Assembly (NCBI GenBank): GCA_024639205.1
Contig: JAHEIV010000002.1
Span: forward strand, 1-34,378
Length of the DNA: 34,378 nucleotides
From: Deltaproteobacteria bacterium
Lineage (GTDB): Bacteria > Desulfobacterota > Desulfobacteria > Desulfobacterales > SG8-13
Direction of reading: 5' to 3'
Shown here: positions 8,994 through 16,655 of the stretch, one piece after another
How positions within the stretch are numbered: position 1 is the first letter of the stretch
How the letters are laid out: every line of letters begins with the position of its first letter
The notes under the pieces: generated by a model
Database searches by the model: none
Told to the model about the DNA's origin: nothing
What the model saw: only the letters and a program-made list of their open reading frames with translations
Program-made: the position numbers and the translations under genes

Positions 8994-10310
8994 ATGACCG
9001 AATTGACCTTTTCGAAAATTGACCAGACGGTTTTGGACACCCTGCGGCCCGCATCCGGGCGGTACTGGCTTGTCGTTTTCCTGCTGGCTCTCGGTATTAT
9101 GATCGGGGCCTCCTGCTGGCTCTATCAGATCTTCACCGGGATCGGTGTGGCCGGCATGAACATCCCGGTCGCCTGGGGGACTTATCTGATCAACTTCGTC
9201 TTCTGGGTCGGTATCGCCCATTCCGGCACGCTCATATCCGCCATTCTGCACCTGTTCCGAGCCGGCTGGCGCAATCCCATCGCCCGGGCGGCCGAAACGA
9301 TGACAGTCTTTGCGGTCTGCACTGCCGGTCTATTTCCATTTATCCATTTAGGAAGGGTCTGGCTGGTGTACTACATGCTGCCGATTCCCACCCAGCGGAC
9401 CCTGTGGCCCAACTTTCAGTCGCCGCTGATGTTCGATGTGGTGGCCATCAGCACCTACCTGACCGTCAGTTCGCTGTTCTGGTATACCGGCATGCTGCCG
9501 GATCTCGCCAGGATTAGGGACACGGCCGAAGGTGTTCGCAAAAAGATTTTTACGGCCCTGTCTTTGGGCTGGACCGGCGAACACGAGCAGTGGCGGCACT
9601 ATACCCGTATCTACCTGTTCTTTGCGGCACTGGCCACCCCGCTGGTCATTTCCGTGCACAGCGTCGTATCCTGGGATTTTGCGCTGGGCATCGTTCCCGG
9701 TTGGCACACGACCATCTTTGCTCCGTATTTTGTTGCCGGCGCCATTCACTCCGGCCTGGCCATGGTGCTGACGCTGATGATCCCGCTGCGAAAAATCTTC
9801 AGTTACGAAAAGATCATCACCGTGCACGTGCTGGAGAGCGTAGCCAAAACCATCATTTTCACCGGCCTGATCGTGGGATTTGCTTACGGGACGGAATATT
9901 TTATCGCCTGGTACAGCCACAATATGGTGGAGATGGACACCTTCAGCTGGCGGGCCACCGGCGATTATGCCTATGGGTTCTGGATCATGGTGGTTTGCAA
10001 CACAATGGTACCACTTTTGTTTTTCTTTAAAAAAATCCGCACCTCCATTGCCTGGCTGTTTGGCATATCGATTATTGTCAACATCGGAATGTGGTTTGAG
10101 CGCTTTGTGATTATCATCGGCAGCGTCGGGCACGATTTTCTACCCAACGCCTGGGGCCTGTACGCTCCTACGCTGGTAGAAATGGGGATTATGCTCGGCA
10201 GCTTCTCTCTTTTCTTTTTTCTCTTTGTGCTCTTTGTCAAGCACCTGCCGTCTGTATCGATGACCGAGATGAAGGAATCCGTTGCCGAAGGAGAGGGTCA
10301 TGGCCACTAA
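8994..10310 (+). CDS. actC: Alternative complex III subunit ActC (NrfD/PsrC-like polytopic quinol-interacting membrane protein)
   Basis: 438-aa highly hydrophobic protein with about 10 predicted TM segments. NrfD-like blocks (GIAHSGTLISAIL, FAPYFVAGAIHSG). Positioned directly after actB. Confidence 0.8.
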   Translation: MTELTFSKIDQTVLDTLRPASGRYWLVVFLLALGIMIGASCWLYQIFTGIGVAGMNIPVAWGTYLINFVFWVGIAHSGTLISAILHLFRAGWRNPIARAAETMTVFAVCTAGLFPFIHLGRVWLVYYMLPIPTQRTLWPNFQSPLMFDVVAISTYLTVSSLFWYTGMLPDLARIRDTAEGVRKKIFTALSLGWTGEHEQWRHYTRIYLFFAALATPLVISVHSVVSWDFALGIVPGWHTTIFAPYFVAGAIHSGLAMVLTLMIPLRKIFSYEKIITVHVLESVAKTIIFTGLIVGFAYGTEYFIAWYSHNMVEMDTFSWRATGDYAYGFWIMVVCNTMVPLLFFFKKIRTSIAWLFGISIIVNIGMWFERFVIIIGSVGHDFLPNAWGLYAPTLVEMGIMLGSFSLFFFLFVLFVKHLPSVSMTEMKESVAEGEGHGH

Positions 10311-10803
10311 ATACGTCATGGGGCTGTTCAAGCAGGAGGATCAAGCGGTGGCTGCCATCGGTGAGCTGAAAGAATCTGCCTGGCCGCTGCACCGAACCCA
10401 CAGCCCGATTCCCAGCCACAAGATATCCACTGCCCTCGGTTTGAAAGACAGCCGAGTCGGCTGGTTTACTCTCTGCGGGGGGATTCTGGGATTTTTTACC
10501 GGCTTTGCGCTGGCCATATTCACCGCACTGCGCTGGGAGCTGATCGTCAGCGGCAAGCCGGTTGTCGCCCTGGTCCCGTTTATCATCGTGGGGTTCGAAT
10601 TTACCATTCTGTTTGCCATCTTCGGAAATCTGATCGGTATGCTGGTGCTCTCACGGCTGTCCCGGCCGGAGAATCTTGAAAATTACGATCCCCGTTGCTC
10701 GGGTGAACTTTTCGGCATCTTATCCTCCTGCAGCGATGAAGAAAAGGAGGGTCTGTCGACGCTTTTTGCCCGCAACGGCGGCGAAACCAGGGAGTTCGAA
10801 TGA
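10300..10803 (+). CDS. actD: Alternative complex III subunit ActD (DUF3341-like)
   Basis: Preferred start is ATG 10300 (GGAGAGGG RBS at 10290-10297), overlapping the actC stop by 11 nt; the track start at 10282 is a TTG. MGLFKQEDQAVAAIGELK soluble head, then two TM helices and FEFTILFAIFG. This matches my recollection of the DUF3341/ActD layout. Confidence 0.7.
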   Translation: MATKYVMGLFKQEDQAVAAIGELKESAWPLHRTHSPIPSHKISTALGLKDSRVGWFTLCGGILGFFTGFALAIFTALRWELIVSGKPVVALVPFIIVGFEFTILFAIFGNLIGMLVLSRLSRPENLENYDPRCSGELFGILSSCSDEEKEGLSTLFARNGGETREFE

Positions 10804-12029
10804 CCGACAACATGCAAACCGACAAAGAAAATACCACCATGGACACGAGAAAGTTATGGCTGCTGATCGCAGCGCTGGTCGTGATCGGTTTCGGTACCTT
10901 CGCTTACAACATCGCAAGCGGTCATCCGGAAAGGGCCTGGCAGGCATACTTGATCAACTTTTTACTCTGGTCTGCCATCGCCCAGGGCGGGCTGCTCTTT
11001 TCGACCCTCATGACCACAACGCGGGCTCGCTGGAGTGGTCCGCTGTCGGGATTGTCGGCGGCATTTGCCGGATTCTTCCCGATTTCCTTCATCCTGTTTC
11101 TGGTCCTTTTTCTGGGTTCCACTTACATATTCCCCTGGTCGCACGGCCATGACCTGCACGGCAAAGAGATCTGGCTCAATGTACCTTTTTTGTTTGCCCG
11201 GGACTGTATCGGTCTGCTGGTTCTTTACGGCCTGGGCTTTGTCTACCTTTACTACGCGCTGCAGCTGAAAATAGAAGCAAGGGATGCTTCTGGTTTTCTG
11301 CGATCGGTGTTCAACCGCCTGCGCGGAGAACTGCCGCCGGACATGGACAAAGTCAGAAAGCGGGTGGGTCTTTTCAGCATCCTTTATATGCTGGCCTTTG
11401 CTCTGGTGGTTTCGCTAATCGGCTACGACCTGGTGATGGCCGCCGATCCTCACTGGATATCGACCCTGTTTGGCGCTTACACCTTCATCAAAGCTATTTA
11501 TCTTGGGTTGGGTGGGCTCATCATACTCGCGGCATTGTTGCACCTCAACTCACAAAGCGGCTTCCAACTGCCGGCATCCAATTTCCACGACATCGGCAAA
11601 CTCTTCTTTGCCTTCTGCCTGATGTGGGCCGATTTTTTCTATGTTCAGCTGGTGGTCATCTGGTACGGAAACATTCCCGAAGAGACCGCCTATGTGATCG
11701 AGCGGATTATGATGGTGCCCTGGCGGAACCTGGCTGTGGGTGTATTTCTCATATGCTTTGTGCTGCCCTTTTTTATCCTGCTGAACAAGAAGGTGAAGAT
11801 GATGCCGGCGGCCATGATCGTTATCTGTTCGGTGGTGATTGTCGGCATCTGGTTTGAACACCTGTTGCTGCTGGCGCCTTCGTTGAGTCACTCTGCCGGG
11901 GGACTGCCGCTGGGGTTTAGCGATATCCTGATCAGTCTCGGTTTTCTCGGCCTGATGCTGTCGGCCATCGCTGTCGCCTTCAAGCAGTTTCCTGAGCTGG
12001 TGCGGGTTGAACAAGGGGAGGTGGGCTGA
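10800..12029 (+). CDS. actF: Alternative complex III subunit ActF-like (second polytopic membrane subunit)
   Basis: 409-aa polytopic membrane protein. Its ATG overlaps the actD stop (ATGA). Position and size fit the second NrfD-related ACIII subunit. Assignment rests on context plus hydrophobicity, not on a specific motif. Confidence 0.6.
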   Translation: MTDNMQTDKENTTMDTRKLWLLIAALVVIGFGTFAYNIASGHPERAWQAYLINFLLWSAIAQGGLLFSTLMTTTRARWSGPLSGLSAAFAGFFPISFILFLVLFLGSTYIFPWSHGHDLHGKEIWLNVPFLFARDCIGLLVLYGLGFVYLYYALQLKIEARDASGFLRSVFNRLRGELPPDMDKVRKRVGLFSILYMLAFALVVSLIGYDLVMAADPHWISTLFGAYTFIKAIYLGLGGLIILAALLHLNSQSGFQLPASNFHDIGKLFFAFCLMWADFFYVQLVVIWYGNIPEETAYVIERIMMVPWRNLAVGVFLICFVLPFFILLNKKVKMMPAAMIVICSVVIVGIWFEHLLLLAPSLSHSAGGLPLGFSDILISLGFLGLMLSAIAVAFKQFPELVRVEQGEVG

Positions 12030-12622
12030 TGGAAATCCTGATCCTCACAATAGCGCTCACCGTTTTGGCGATCGCAACGGCTATTTTAGCCTTCCGATAT
12101 CGCAGCTGGTTATCCGGCAACCGGGGACCGTTGCTGCTCAGCGCTGCAGCCGTTTTTTTTGTGCTGGCATTTCTGGTGCTCTTTTACCGGACTCCCGGCA
12201 CCGATATCGGTGTCGAGCAGCCCATCCCGTTCAGCCACCGGGTTCACGCGGGCGTTAAAAATATTCAGTGCAGATACTGCCATCCATACGTGGACTATTC
12301 GAATAATCCCGGCCTGCCGCCGGTCGAGAAATGTTTGCACTGCCACAATTATATCATCGCAAACCACCCCTGGATTAAAGAAGAACACCGTTATTACAAT
12401 ACACGGACACCGACGCCCTGGCGAAAGGCCAATTACCTGGCCGAGCACGTATTGTTCAATCACCAGCGCCACATCCGAAGGAACCTGGCCTGCAAAGAGT
12501 GCCACGGCCAGGTGGAGAGAATGGATCGGATCCGGGGGAAGTATTTTTACATGCAGTTTTGCATTCAGTGCCACCGGCGGTTGAATGCCAACCTGGGCTG
12601 CTGGTTGGCTTGCCACAGCTGA
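12029..12622 (+). CDS. actA: Membrane-anchored multihaem cytochrome c (ActA-like, c3/c7-type)
   Basis: Start overlaps the actF stop (TGATG). N-terminal hydrophobic helices. Haem motifs CRYCH, CLHCH, CKECH and CIQCH, plus a C-terminal CWLACH (CX3CH). The FSHRVH...C..CH block is typical of c3-family/ActA proteins. Confidence 0.7.
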   Translation: MEILILTIALTVLAIATAILAFRYRSWLSGNRGPLLLSAAAVFFVLAFLVLFYRTPGTDIGVEQPIPFSHRVHAGVKNIQCRYCHPYVDYSNNPGLPPVEKCLHCHNYIIANHPWIKEEHRYYNTRTPTPWRKANYLAEHVLFNHQRHIRRNLACKECHGQVERMDRIRGKYFYMQFCIQCHRRLNANLGCWLACHS

Positions 12623-12730
12623 TCTGCGTCAACGGCTGCGAGCTGCCGCATTGAAAAAGTTGGTTTCGGTTTGCGCTTTCTTACTCATCGAGGTGTTAGA
12701 CCGATCTGATGCGAAAGGAAGAACTATTTG

Positions 12731-14104
12731 ATGGCTTCTACCGCCAACGAACAAGCGCCAAGCTACCCGACAGCCATTGCGTTTTGTCTGACATCGACGA
12801 TCTGGTTTGCCGCCGCCACGTCGTTCGGCATGATAGCTGCCGGTTACCTGTTTGCCCCGGATTTTCTGGCCAACATCGGGTGGCTGCATTTCGGCAAGGC
12901 GCGGCCCATCCACGTCAACCTGGTCCTGTTCGGCTTCGTAACGCCGGGGCTTCTGGCTGCCGGTTTTTACATGATTCCAAAACTGCTGCGGACAGAGCTG
13001 TTCAGCGAAAAGCTGGGAGTGTTTACGGCTGTACTCTGGAATGTGACCATGCTGTGTGCCATTGTCGGAATCGGTGCCGGTTACTCCCAGGGTAGAGAGT
13101 ATGCCGAGCTGCCGTGGACCGTGGATCTCATGATCGTGGTTCTGTTTGTCCTGGTCATATTCAATATCCTGATGACCATCCGCCAGCGCAAAGAATCGAT
13201 CCTGTATGTCTCGGTCTGGTATATTACCGCGGCCGTGGTGCTGACCGGCACCACCTACGGTATCGGAAACGTGATCTGGAAACCCGACACCGGGGCCCTG
13301 CTCGGCATACCGGATGCGATCCTGCTCTGGTTTTACGGGCACAACATCTTCGGTCTGCTGCTCACGCCCATGGGACTGGCGGTGGCCTACTACGTGCTGC
13401 CCATCGCCACGCGCAGCCCGCTTTACAGCCACACCCTGTCACTGATCGGTTTCTGGTCCCTGATCGTTGTCTATACGCACATCGGCACCCACCACCTGTT
13501 GCAAGTACCGGTACCGACCTATCTGAAGGTGATCGCCATCGTCGACAGTGTGGCCATGGTCATTCCGGTCATGGTGGTGCTGATCAACCTGTGGTTTACC
13601 GTCAAGGGGAAATGGGCGGAGATCCACCAGGACATCGGTGCCAAGTTTGTCTTTGCCGGAACGATCTACTACTTTTTCGTCAATATCCAGGGGTCGATGA
13701 TGTCGCTGCCCGTCGTTCAGCGGGTGACGCATTTCAACAACTGGGTGGTCGGTCACGCCCACATCGGTGTGCTGGGATTTGCCGGCGTGACTGCCCTGGG
13801 GGGTATCTATTTTCTGCTCCCGAGAATCACCGGCAAGCCGATCTACAGCCGGTTTCTGGCCGATCTGCAGTACTGGCTGGTGCTGATCGGCATCACCGGA
13901 TTCGCTATTGTGCTCACCATCGTCGGCCTAATCCAGGGTCAGGCCTGGATCAACGGTGAGACCATTTACCGCGTTCTGCCGCAAATCCAGCCTTACTACA
14001 TAGCGCGTGCATCCCTGGGCATCACCATTATGCTCGGGGCCTACATCGGAGCATATAATATTATTCGAAGCATTTTCTTCAATCCAGGAGCGACTGCAAA
14101 ATGA
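12731..14104 (+). CDS. ccoN: cbb3-type (C-family) cytochrome c oxidase catalytic subunit CcoN
   Basis: 12-TM-type hydrophobic protein. WFYGHNIFGLLLTPMGLAVAYYVLP and NNWVVGHAHIGVLGF resemble the CcoN His-ligand blocks. Followed by a FixO-type subunit. ATG 12731 is preferred over the TTG at 12728. Confidence 0.85.
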   Translation: MASTANEQAPSYPTAIAFCLTSTIWFAAATSFGMIAAGYLFAPDFLANIGWLHFGKARPIHVNLVLFGFVTPGLLAAGFYMIPKLLRTELFSEKLGVFTAVLWNVTMLCAIVGIGAGYSQGREYAELPWTVDLMIVVLFVLVIFNILMTIRQRKESILYVSVWYITAAVVLTGTTYGIGNVIWKPDTGALLGIPDAILLWFYGHNIFGLLLTPMGLAVAYYVLPIATRSPLYSHTLSLIGFWSLIVVYTHIGTHHLLQVPVPTYLKVIAIVDSVAMVIPVMVVLINLWFTVKGKWAEIHQDIGAKFVFAGTIYYFFVNIQGSMMSLPVVQRVTHFNNWVVGHAHIGVLGFAGVTALGGIYFLLPRITGKPIYSRFLADLQYWLVLIGITGFAIVLTIVGLIQGQAWINGETIYRVLPQIQPYYIARASLGITIMLGAYIGAYNIIRSIFFNPGATAK

Positions 14105-15054
14105 AAATGACGCTTACGGCCATCGTGGCCGGTGCGCTGTCGATACTTGCACTGATTATTTTCATCATGGTTTTTCTGCCTTACGCCCAGCAGGACACCA
14201 CGCCGTCGAATATCTGGCGGGATCGCACGCAGGTGGAAGCGGCCGGCCGGAAGATTTATATCGCCAACGGATGCGTATATTGCCACAGCCAATCCATTCG
14301 GGCCATCGACTGGGGGTTTGGCGGTGAGCGGATAGCCCAGGCCGGAGATTACGTGGGCGACGAACCGATCCTGCTCGGATCCGCGAGAACCGGTGTCGAT
14401 CTTTCCCAGGAGGGAGGCGAACATCCGGACGACTGGCATGTCGCGCATTTCGTAAATCCGCGGTATACTCGACCCAGCTCGATCATGCCACCGTTCAAAT
14501 GGCTGGGAATAAAAGAAATTCTTACCCTGACCCAGTACGTTCAATCGCTGGGATTCAAGCAGGCCGACATCCGCATGAAGAGGCAGCGGCACTGGAAGCG
14601 ACAGGCCATTGAAGCCTATGAAGCCGGGCCCGACGTGAATGCCAGATGGCTGGCCGAGCAAGTTCCCGAAGGATGGCGCAACATTCCCAATCCGTATCCA
14701 ACGACTCCGGCGGGTCTGCAGCGCGGACACAAAATCTACCAGGAGTTTTGCCTCGGATGTCACGGGCCCATCGGCGACGGCATGGGTCCGGCACAACCGT
14801 GGATATACCCACCGCCGCTGAACTTTACGATTTTAAAAGGCAGAGAGATATCCGGTGGTATAATCTACTACCAGCTCATGAACGGAATTACCGGAACGGC
14901 CATGCCTTATTTCAAGCGGGAACTGGAATCGCAGAAAATCTGGGAAGTTGGCGACTACGTCGCCGTCTACTTTATCAACCAGAGCGATGCCAATACCGAC
15001 CCGCGCGGCATCGACGCCGCGTGGGAGCCGTATCTGGAATTTGAACCCGAATAG
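14101..15054 (+). CDS. ccoO: CcoO (FixO monohaem subunit) fused to an additional C-terminal class-I cytochrome c domain (CcoP-like haem domain)
   Basis: ATG overlaps the ccoN stop (ATGA). N-terminal TM anchor. GRKIYIANGCVYCHSQSIR ... GSARTGVDLSQEG ... DWHVAHFVNPR ... SIMPPF is the FixO signature. A second haem site CLGCHGP, with downstream GTAMPYF, gives an extra c-type domain. Confidence 0.8.
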   Translation: MKMTLTAIVAGALSILALIIFIMVFLPYAQQDTTPSNIWRDRTQVEAAGRKIYIANGCVYCHSQSIRAIDWGFGGERIAQAGDYVGDEPILLGSARTGVDLSQEGGEHPDDWHVAHFVNPRYTRPSSIMPPFKWLGIKEILTLTQYVQSLGFKQADIRMKRQRHWKRQAIEAYEAGPDVNARWLAEQVPEGWRNIPNPYPTTPAGLQRGHKIYQEFCLGCHGPIGDGMGPAQPWIYPPPLNFTILKGREISGGIIYYQLMNGITGTAMPYFKRELESQKIWEVGDYVAVYFINQSDANTDPRGIDAAWEPYLEFEPE

Positions 15055-15062
15055 GGCTCGGG

Positions 15063-15323
15063 ATGTATTTCCCTTACTTAATTGCGTATATGCTGGCCGG
15101 ATTTGTCATCAGCCTGATCACTTTTGTGTGGGCGCTGAATGCCGGTCAATTTAAAGACCAACAGCGGGCCCGTTATCTGCCGTTGCAGGGAGAGACCGGA
15201 CCGGCATCGGCCAGACCGTCGCGGTTTTATCGCTTCAAGATAATTATTTTGTTTACATTGGCCTGTTCGGGGCTGGTGAGCACCGCCGTGGTGATTGTCC
15301 TCATCGTTTTGCAAAACCCTTGA
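15063..15323 (+). CDS. ccoS: cbb3 oxidase maturation protein CcoS/FixS-like
   Basis: N-terminal TM followed by FVWALNAGQFKDQQ, resembling the conserved W..x.SGQFDD motif of CcoS/FixS. Carries an extra C-terminal TM. Confidence 0.65.
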   Translation: MYFPYLIAYMLAGFVISLITFVWALNAGQFKDQQRARYLPLQGETGPASARPSRFYRFKIIILFTLACSGLVSTAVVIVLIVLQNP

Positions 15324-15394
15324 TGGTTTGACGCGAATCCGGATGGTACGCCATCCGATCATCGGTGGCATTTCCAACGCAGGAGAGGTCGAAT

Positions 15395-15670
15395 ATGCGA
15401 TTTTTTGAACTGCTGAACGTTCAACATTTCGTTTTGTATCTGTTCCCGGCGGTTGCCTTTTGCATCGTTTTCGCTGTGGGGCTGGCTTTTTACCATTTTA
15501 AGGGAAAAGAATCGGCCGAAAGAGAAAAGCAGATCATTGAATCGTTTCCCGGCGGTATCGAGGGCCGCAACGCGCCTTTCCCGCTGGTGCTGATTCTGAT
15601 CATAGCCGGCACCGTGATCTGGAGCCTGGCGTACATCATTCTAAACGGTGTGTTGGGAGTCAAGATATGA
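15395..15670 (+). CDS. Small 2-TM protein resembling the N-terminal anchor domain of CcoP (FixP_N-like), stand-alone
   Basis: ATG 15395 is preceded by AGGAGAGG (15381-15388); the track start at 15365 is a GTG without an RBS. GGIEGRNAPFPLVLILIIAGTVIWSLAYIIL aligns by eye with the DGIEEYDNPLPRWW...GTVIFALGYLVL block I recall from proteobacterial CcoP N-termini. There is no haem motif. Confidence 0.5.
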   Translation: MRFFELLNVQHFVLYLFPAVAFCIVFAVGLAFYHFKGKESAEREKQIIESFPGGIEGRNAPFPLVLILIIAGTVIWSLAYIILNGVLGVKI

Positions 15671-16059
15671 TGGAAGAATCGGGGCATGAAGGTTCGGCAG
15701 GCAAAACTTTGATCGTCGTGATTCTGCTGCTGCTGCTCGTTGGTTTTCAGGGGGCCTTGTCCTACTTTCTGGTTGGAGACCGGGGGCAGCCGGACTGGGA
15801 TTATCGTCCGGTAAAAGACGTGCCCGGTGAGTCGCCGTACGCCATGTATGAGTACTTTCCTTTTCCACAGCACGTCAGAGGCGATACCGCAGACTATCCG
15901 CCGCTGGATCAGAAGTGGGGCAAACCGTATGCCATTTATGATACCGCTGATTCTCCACAGCCCGTCGAGGGCGATGCGGATGACGAGTCGCCGTTGGCGG
16001 AGGGTTGGGATAAAACCATGTTTCCCGCACCGCAACAAAATGCTCTAAACAGCAGGTAG
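15667..16059 (+). CDS. Hypothetical membrane-anchored acidic Pro/Tyr/Asp-rich protein
   Basis: ATG overlaps the preceding stop (ATGA). One TM (LIVVILLLLLVGFQGAL). The tail has a degenerate internal repeat (SPYAMYEY..VRGDTADYPPL / KPYAIYDT..VEGDADDESPL). I recognise no family. Confidence 0.5.
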   Translation: MMEESGHEGSAGKTLIVVILLLLLVGFQGALSYFLVGDRGQPDWDYRPVKDVPGESPYAMYEYFPFPQHVRGDTADYPPLDQKWGKPYAIYDTADSPQPVEGDADDESPLAEGWDKTMFPAPQQNALNSR

Positions 16060-16063
16060 ATAA

Positions 16064-16573
16064 ATGAAAAAAGGGATTATTGTACTTTTGCTTGGAGGGT
16101 TCGTTTTTGTCGTGTATCAGGCTTTGATGTTCTACGACAACAATTTCCCCTATGGAAGAATGCGGGAAACACCCGCTGTAAGACCCTATGAAAAGCCGCT
16201 GCTGGTCATGGAGCCGGGAACGGTTCCGTTCAACGGCGGTGAAGCGCTCTATCGCGCCACAGATCCCCAGGATCTCGAGTCGCCATTGAAAAAGATCGAC
16301 GCTGCGGTTCTCGACAATGGCAGGCAGGGGTATTTGACTTTCTGCGCCCAGTGTCACGGTCCTGACTACGATGGAAACGGCACTGTGGGGCAAAGCTTTG
16401 CACCGCTGCCCACGGACTTTAAGAGTCCCCGCATCCAAAAGGCCGCCGAGGGGTACTTGTTTAAACACATGAGCTACGGCGGCAAACGCGCACCGGCGCT
16501 GGCTACAACCATAACCGTTAAACGGCGCTGGGAAATCGTAGCTTTCATCAAGTCTCTCGGTACCCGGAAATAG
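16064..16573 (+). CDS. Membrane-anchored monohaem cytochrome c (ActE-like)
   Basis: N-terminal anchor MKKGIIVLLLGGFVFVV. Single CAQCH haem site. Starts 5 nt after the previous stop. The ActE assignment comes from context (monohaem c-type next to ACIII genes) and is not motif-proven. Confidence 0.65.
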   Translation: MKKGIIVLLLGGFVFVVYQALMFYDNNFPYGRMRETPAVRPYEKPLLVMEPGTVPFNGGEALYRATDPQDLESPLKKIDAAVLDNGRQGYLTFCAQCHGPDYDGNGTVGQSFAPLPTDFKSPRIQKAAEGYLFKHMSYGGKRAPALATTITVKRRWEIVAFIKSLGTRK

Positions 16574-16655
16574 AAAAAGCCGACCACGAAGGCACAAAGC
16601 ACCCTGGAGAAAGATCGATTCAAACGCTTTGTGTCTTTTTGTCGGTCAACTACCT

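Noticed and set aside
7573-9054. 493-aa minus-strand ORF antisense to actB, plus a similar 261-aa ORF at 9348-10133 antisense to actC.
   Set aside because: The R/G/H/P-rich, low-complexity translation is typical of the shadow frame of a GC-rich gene. These ORFs are fully nested in + strand genes that carry strong family motifs. They have no RBS or domain signature.
12629-14796. Long alternative-frame and antisense ORFs across ccoN/ccoO: 12629-13432 (-), 13114-13959 (+, 281 aa) and 14041-14796 (-).
   Set aside because: They are Arg/His/Gly/Pro-rich junk translations overlapping the hydrophobic CcoN/CcoO frames, which carry the diagnostic His and CxxCH blocks.
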